DNA from: a virus
Lineage: Duplodnaviria > Caudoviricetes
IMG/VR virus record: IMGVR_UViG_3300045993_000204
Span: 1-58,104 of that record
DNA length: 58,104 nt
Strand: one strand, 5' to 3'
The notes under the pieces were generated by a model, which had not been told where the DNA came from, searched no databases, and saw only the letters and a list, made by a program, of their open reading frames with translations. Positions 54,750-58,104 of the stretch are shown piece after piece. The first letter of the stretch is position 1; every line of letters begins with the position of its first letter. A program made the translations under genes and the position numbers.

Positions 54750-57469
54750 TGCCAAGCGTTACAGGCGACACCTCGGCAACCACCACAGTCAGTGGGGTTC
54801 CTGCTGCTAACTGGCAGCAAGATGCTATCCAGTCCCATGTCATCAACTCAGGCAACCTGGCTGCTACCCCATATCAAGCCTACCAGTTGCCCACAGTAGC
54901 AGGGCTGTCTCCTTTACAGGAGCAGGGCATCAACATGACTGCTACTGGGGTCGGTAGGTATCAAGGGGCTGTTGATCAGGCAATCGGTTCGCTTAGCGGG
55001 TCACTTGGTACAGGCAACGGGGGCTACTCAGGCGGAGGTGGGGGCGGAGGCGCTTCTTATATGGGTGCTGTTGGGGCTGTTGACCCAATGGGCGCAGCAA
55101 AGCCGGCTCTGGATGCCCAGACCAATGCGCTGAATACCACCGGGCAATATCTGGCCGCTCCTACTAACACCATGCAGACCTATGTGGACGCAGGGTTGGG
55201 CTTGAACGGTATGCAAGCTGCAGACCAGCATCTGACCCAAGCTACAAACGGCATAGCTGGGATGAACTACGCAGCAGGCTCTGATATTGTAAATGCAGGC
55301 CTAAGTTTAGCGGGGAAGCTTGACCCTTTAACAGGTGCTCAGACAGCTACTGCGGAAGGTGCAGGCATGGCAAGAGCCGCAGGGTCTGCAAACACAGTTG
55401 GGGCTTTGCAACAGGCGCAACAGCAAGCGCTAGCACAGAGCGGGCTAGGTACTGCCCAGCCATATTACAACTCGGCAATGCAGGGCATGACCGGGGCAGG
55501 AAATGTGAACACATCAAATGAGCTTGCCTCAGCCAATCAAGCTGCAATGGCGCAGAATGGGATGACCGCAGCCTCGCCCTACCTCAACACAGCAATGCAA
55601 GGGGCAACTGCAGCAGGTAATTTGAATACAGCTGCCGGGCTACAAGACGCTCAGCAGGCGTACCTAAACCCGGATATGCAGCGCAAGATGCTTGAAGCAG
55701 GCCAAGCCTACTACGGGCAAGCCGGTAAACTGGATGCTGTGGGAGCTGCTCAGCCTTACATGGATAAGGCTAATACATTGAGCGCCACTGCTGCGGCTAA
55801 CCCGCTGCTGGACAGAGCTGCAAGTATGAGCGGCTCAGCAGCTGCACAGCCGTACTTAGACCAAGCATCAGCTACCACAGCCCAATCCCTGCAAGAGCGG
55901 GCGCTGTCAGCCGCTGACCCTTATGCACAAGCTGCTGCGCAATCTTCTGCTGCAGGCGTGCAGCAGTACATGAACCCCTACAACGATGCTGTGGTAAACA
56001 GCATCGGGGAGCTAGGCGGGCGTAACTTGTCTGAAAACCTGCTGCCGAATGTCTCAGATGCGTTCATCAAAGCGGGCCAGTTCGGTGGATCCAGGATGGG
56101 CGAATTCGGCTCGCGTGCTGTTAGGGATACGCAAGAAGCAGTCCTGGCTCAACAAGCACAAGCTCTACAGCAAGGCTACGGCCAAGCACTTGGAGCATCA
56201 CAGGCCGACCTCTCTAGACAGGCGACTCTGGCAGGGACTATGGGGGGTGTAGCAGGAGCTGACTTGTCTCGCGTCATGCAGGGCGGAGCACAGTACGGCA
56301 ATCTTGCCCAGACTGCTGGGGGTTTGACCGCGCAGGAGCAAGCACAGCTAACTAACATTGGGCAGACCAAAGGCACCCTGACAAACCAAGAGCAGTCTAA
56401 TGTGGCTGGAATGGGCCAGTCAATGGGGGCACTGACCGGACAGCAGATGCAGAATCTTACCGCTTTGGGTAACGCACAAACGTCTGCGGGCCAGGCACAA
56501 CAGCAGTTCGGGCTCAATGCTGCCCAGCAAGTTCAACAAGCGCAGACTAGTGATGCAGCTCGTCAATTAGCCGCATCCCAGGCACAAGGTGCTCTGGGCG
56601 CTACAGCTGGGCAGCTCACGGCAGCACAGCAGACAGCAATGCTCAGAAGTAACGAAGCTAACCAAGCAGCTCAGTCGGGAGACGCAGCAAGACAACTAGC
56701 CGCTGCGCAAGCGCAGGCTGCACTAGGTACGTCAGCAGGCGGGCTGCAAACCCAACAGCAAGCTGCCATGCTAACTGCCGCCCAACAAGCCCAGGCAGCG
56801 CAGTCACAGGACTTGACCCGTCAGCTGGCCGCAGGGCAGCAGATTACTTCAGGCGGACAGTCGCTAGGCCAGCTGACACAAGCTCAGCAGGCGTTGCTAG
56901 CGCAGACCTCAATATCAGCAGGGCAGCTTGCTAATGCAGAAGTAGGACAGCGCGCAGACGCTATGGGCCAGATTGCAGGTATTGGTATGAATCGGGCTGC
57001 TTTGACCCAGGCTCAGCAGCAGGCAGTTCTAGCTTCTGGTCAAGCGCTTTCAGGCGCCCAGCAAGGGGCCATCACCAGCGGATTACAGCTGGCCAGCGGA
57101 TACGGAAGTCAGGCCAATACAATTGGCAACATTGCATCTAACCAGCAAAGCGCCTTAGCGTCAGCTGCGGCTTCTGGTGCATCTGCATCTAACGCGGCCG
57201 CGTCACAAGCTAATGCTGCGGCCCAGCTTGAAATATCTAGAGCCAACGCACTGGGTAGCCTAGCCAACACCGGGCAGGGCATGTACTACCGTGATGTTAG
57301 TGGGTTAAGTACTGCCGGCGGGTTACAGCAAACTCAGACACAAGCACAGCTTGATGCAGCTAAAGCGCAGTGGGCTGAGGGTAACAATTATGCGCAGTCA
57401 CAAGCAACCTGGTATGCGAACCAGCTCAAAGGCACCCAACTGCCAACCACTACCGTCACAGGCGGTTAA
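54749..57469 (+). CDS. 906-aa Gln/Ala-rich repetitive ejection protein
   Basis: QYMNPY and AGQFGGSR core flanked by helical repeats. Confidence 0.7.
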   Translation: MPSVTGDTSATTTVSGVPAANWQQDAIQSHVINSGNLAATPYQAYQLPTVAGLSPLQEQGINMTATGVGRYQGAVDQAIGSLSGSLGTGNGGYSGGGGGGGASYMGAVGAVDPMGAAKPALDAQTNALNTTGQYLAAPTNTMQTYVDAGLGLNGMQAADQHLTQATNGIAGMNYAAGSDIVNAGLSLAGKLDPLTGAQTATAEGAGMARAAGSANTVGALQQAQQQALAQSGLGTAQPYYNSAMQGMTGAGNVNTSNELASANQAAMAQNGMTAASPYLNTAMQGATAAGNLNTAAGLQDAQQAYLNPDMQRKMLEAGQAYYGQAGKLDAVGAAQPYMDKANTLSATAAANPLLDRAASMSGSAAAQPYLDQASATTAQSLQERALSAADPYAQAAAQSSAAGVQQYMNPYNDAVVNSIGELGGRNLSENLLPNVSDAFIKAGQFGGSRMGEFGSRAVRDTQEAVLAQQAQALQQGYGQALGASQADLSRQATLAGTMGGVAGADLSRVMQGGAQYGNLAQTAGGLTAQEQAQLTNIGQTKGTLTNQEQSNVAGMGQSMGALTGQQMQNLTALGNAQTSAGQAQQQFGLNAAQQVQQAQTSDAARQLAASQAQGALGATAGQLTAAQQTAMLRSNEANQAAQSGDAARQLAAAQAQAALGTSAGGLQTQQQAAMLTAAQQAQAAQSQDLTRQLAAGQQITSGGQSLGQLTQAQQALLAQTSISAGQLANAEVGQRADAMGQIAGIGMNRAALTQAQQQAVLASGQALSGAQQGAITSGLQLASGYGSQANTIGNIASNQQSALASAAASGASASNAAASQANAAAQLEISRANALGSLANTGQGMYYRDVSGLSTAGGLQQTQTQAQLDAAKAQWAEGNNYAQSQATWYANQLKGTQLPTTTVTGG

Positions 57470-57481
57470 CTAGGAGTAGAC

Positions 57482-58104
57482 ATGGGATACGAACTCAACA
57501 AACTGATGGCCCAGTACGGGGTAAGCTCTGCCACCCTGCCTGTGGAAAGCCTGGTGGCCCCGGCGGACAAGCCTGCCTATGACGCCTACAAGCAGGAGTA
57601 CATGAACAGGATGCAAGACACCCCGATGTATGCAAATCCTAATGACAGGATGATTCAGCCCGGCCCGCAGACCCCGCAAACCCCCAATGCTAGGCAAGAG
57701 GTAATGCAGCCCGGGGGCATGGGCATAGACGCCTACAACAAGAAACTGCTAGACTGGACGCGCGAAAACCCAAATGCTACTAATGAGCAGGTGGTGTCGG
57801 GCCAGGCAAAGTACGGCATAACAGGCAGGGACTTGTACGGTGCTACAGGTAACTACTGGGGTAATACGCTGCATGCGCCCGGCCCGCAAGGTCCGCAAGT
57901 ACCCCAAGTTGTACCTCCAAAAGTAGCTGAGCCTGTAGTTGCAGAACCTGGGGCACAACCAGTTACAGACGGCCCCTACAATGGGATGCCTCCCACGCAT
58001 CTACAGAACCAGGGGTGGTATGCACGCGGTGGTCCTGTCAAGTTTGAAGACGGGGGATTTGTGGAAGAAGACGGGTTAGACAACCTAGCTAGCAGGTATC
58101 CTGA
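57482..58104 (+). CDS. 5' part of a putative ejection/internal virion protein that continues across the join to 1283 (about 592 aa in total)
   Basis: ATG at 57482 after taggag; MGYELNKLMAQYG... is open and in frame with MPPTHL at 57986, which equals position 9. Confidence 0.8.
   Translation, partial: MGYELNKLMAQYGVSSATLPVESLVAPADKPAYDAYKQEYMNRMQDTPMYANPNDRMIQPGPQTPQTPNARQEVMQPGGMGIDAYNKKLLDWTRENPNATNEQVVSGQAKYGITGRDLYGATGNYWGNTLHAPGPQGPQVPQVVPPKVAEPVVAEPGAQPVTDGPYNGMPPTHLQNQGWYARGGPVKFEDGGFVEEDGLDNLASRYP

Noticed and set aside
57978-58104. Biological terminal repeat
   Set aside because: It is exactly 127 nt and lies inside a continuous ORF, typical of an assembler k-mer overlap
1-58104. Integrase/lysogeny module, tRNA or rRNA genes
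   Set aside because: No recombinase motifs, cloverleaf or rRNA-like sequence were recognised by eye; a tRNAscan/HMM search is needed to be certain

Overview
The window is an apparently complete, circularly permuted tailed dsDNA phage genome of about 57,977 bp. Bases 1-127 repeat exactly at 57978-58104, which looks like an assembly overlap, and one ORF runs through the join. There are two divergent arms separated by a repeat-rich, largely non-coding region (about 22.5-25.4 kb). The minus arm (3.2-24.5 kb) holds small early genes, a pyrimidine metabolism cluster, a SNF2 helicase, VRR-NUC, a PD-(D/E)XK nuclease, a family A DNA polymerase, DenV, a Toprim-VirE primase-helicase and several HNH genes, some broken. 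The plus arm (25.4 kb through the join to 3.2 kb) holds terminase, portal, GroES, scaffold, capsid, tail and fibre genes, a papain-like peptidase, a lysis cassette with spanins (implying a Gram-negative host) and large podovirus-like ejection proteins. I found no integrase, tRNA or CRISPR array. The strongest leads are: (1) a ThyA-like enzyme with Asp at the Asn177 specificity position, clustered with a dCMP deaminase and two MazG-fold proteins, suggesting dCMP methylation (5mC DNA or a dUMP-free route to dTMP); (2) a shared (F/Y/L)-x-(K/R)-G-G-x-(V/L) peptide motif in five otherwise unrelated virion-arm proteins; (3) a possible -1 frameshift fusing VRR-NUC to the helicase; (4) several candidate structured RNAs; (5) a zinc-finger module shuffled onto four different genes. 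All functional calls come from reading motifs by eye; no database search was run.
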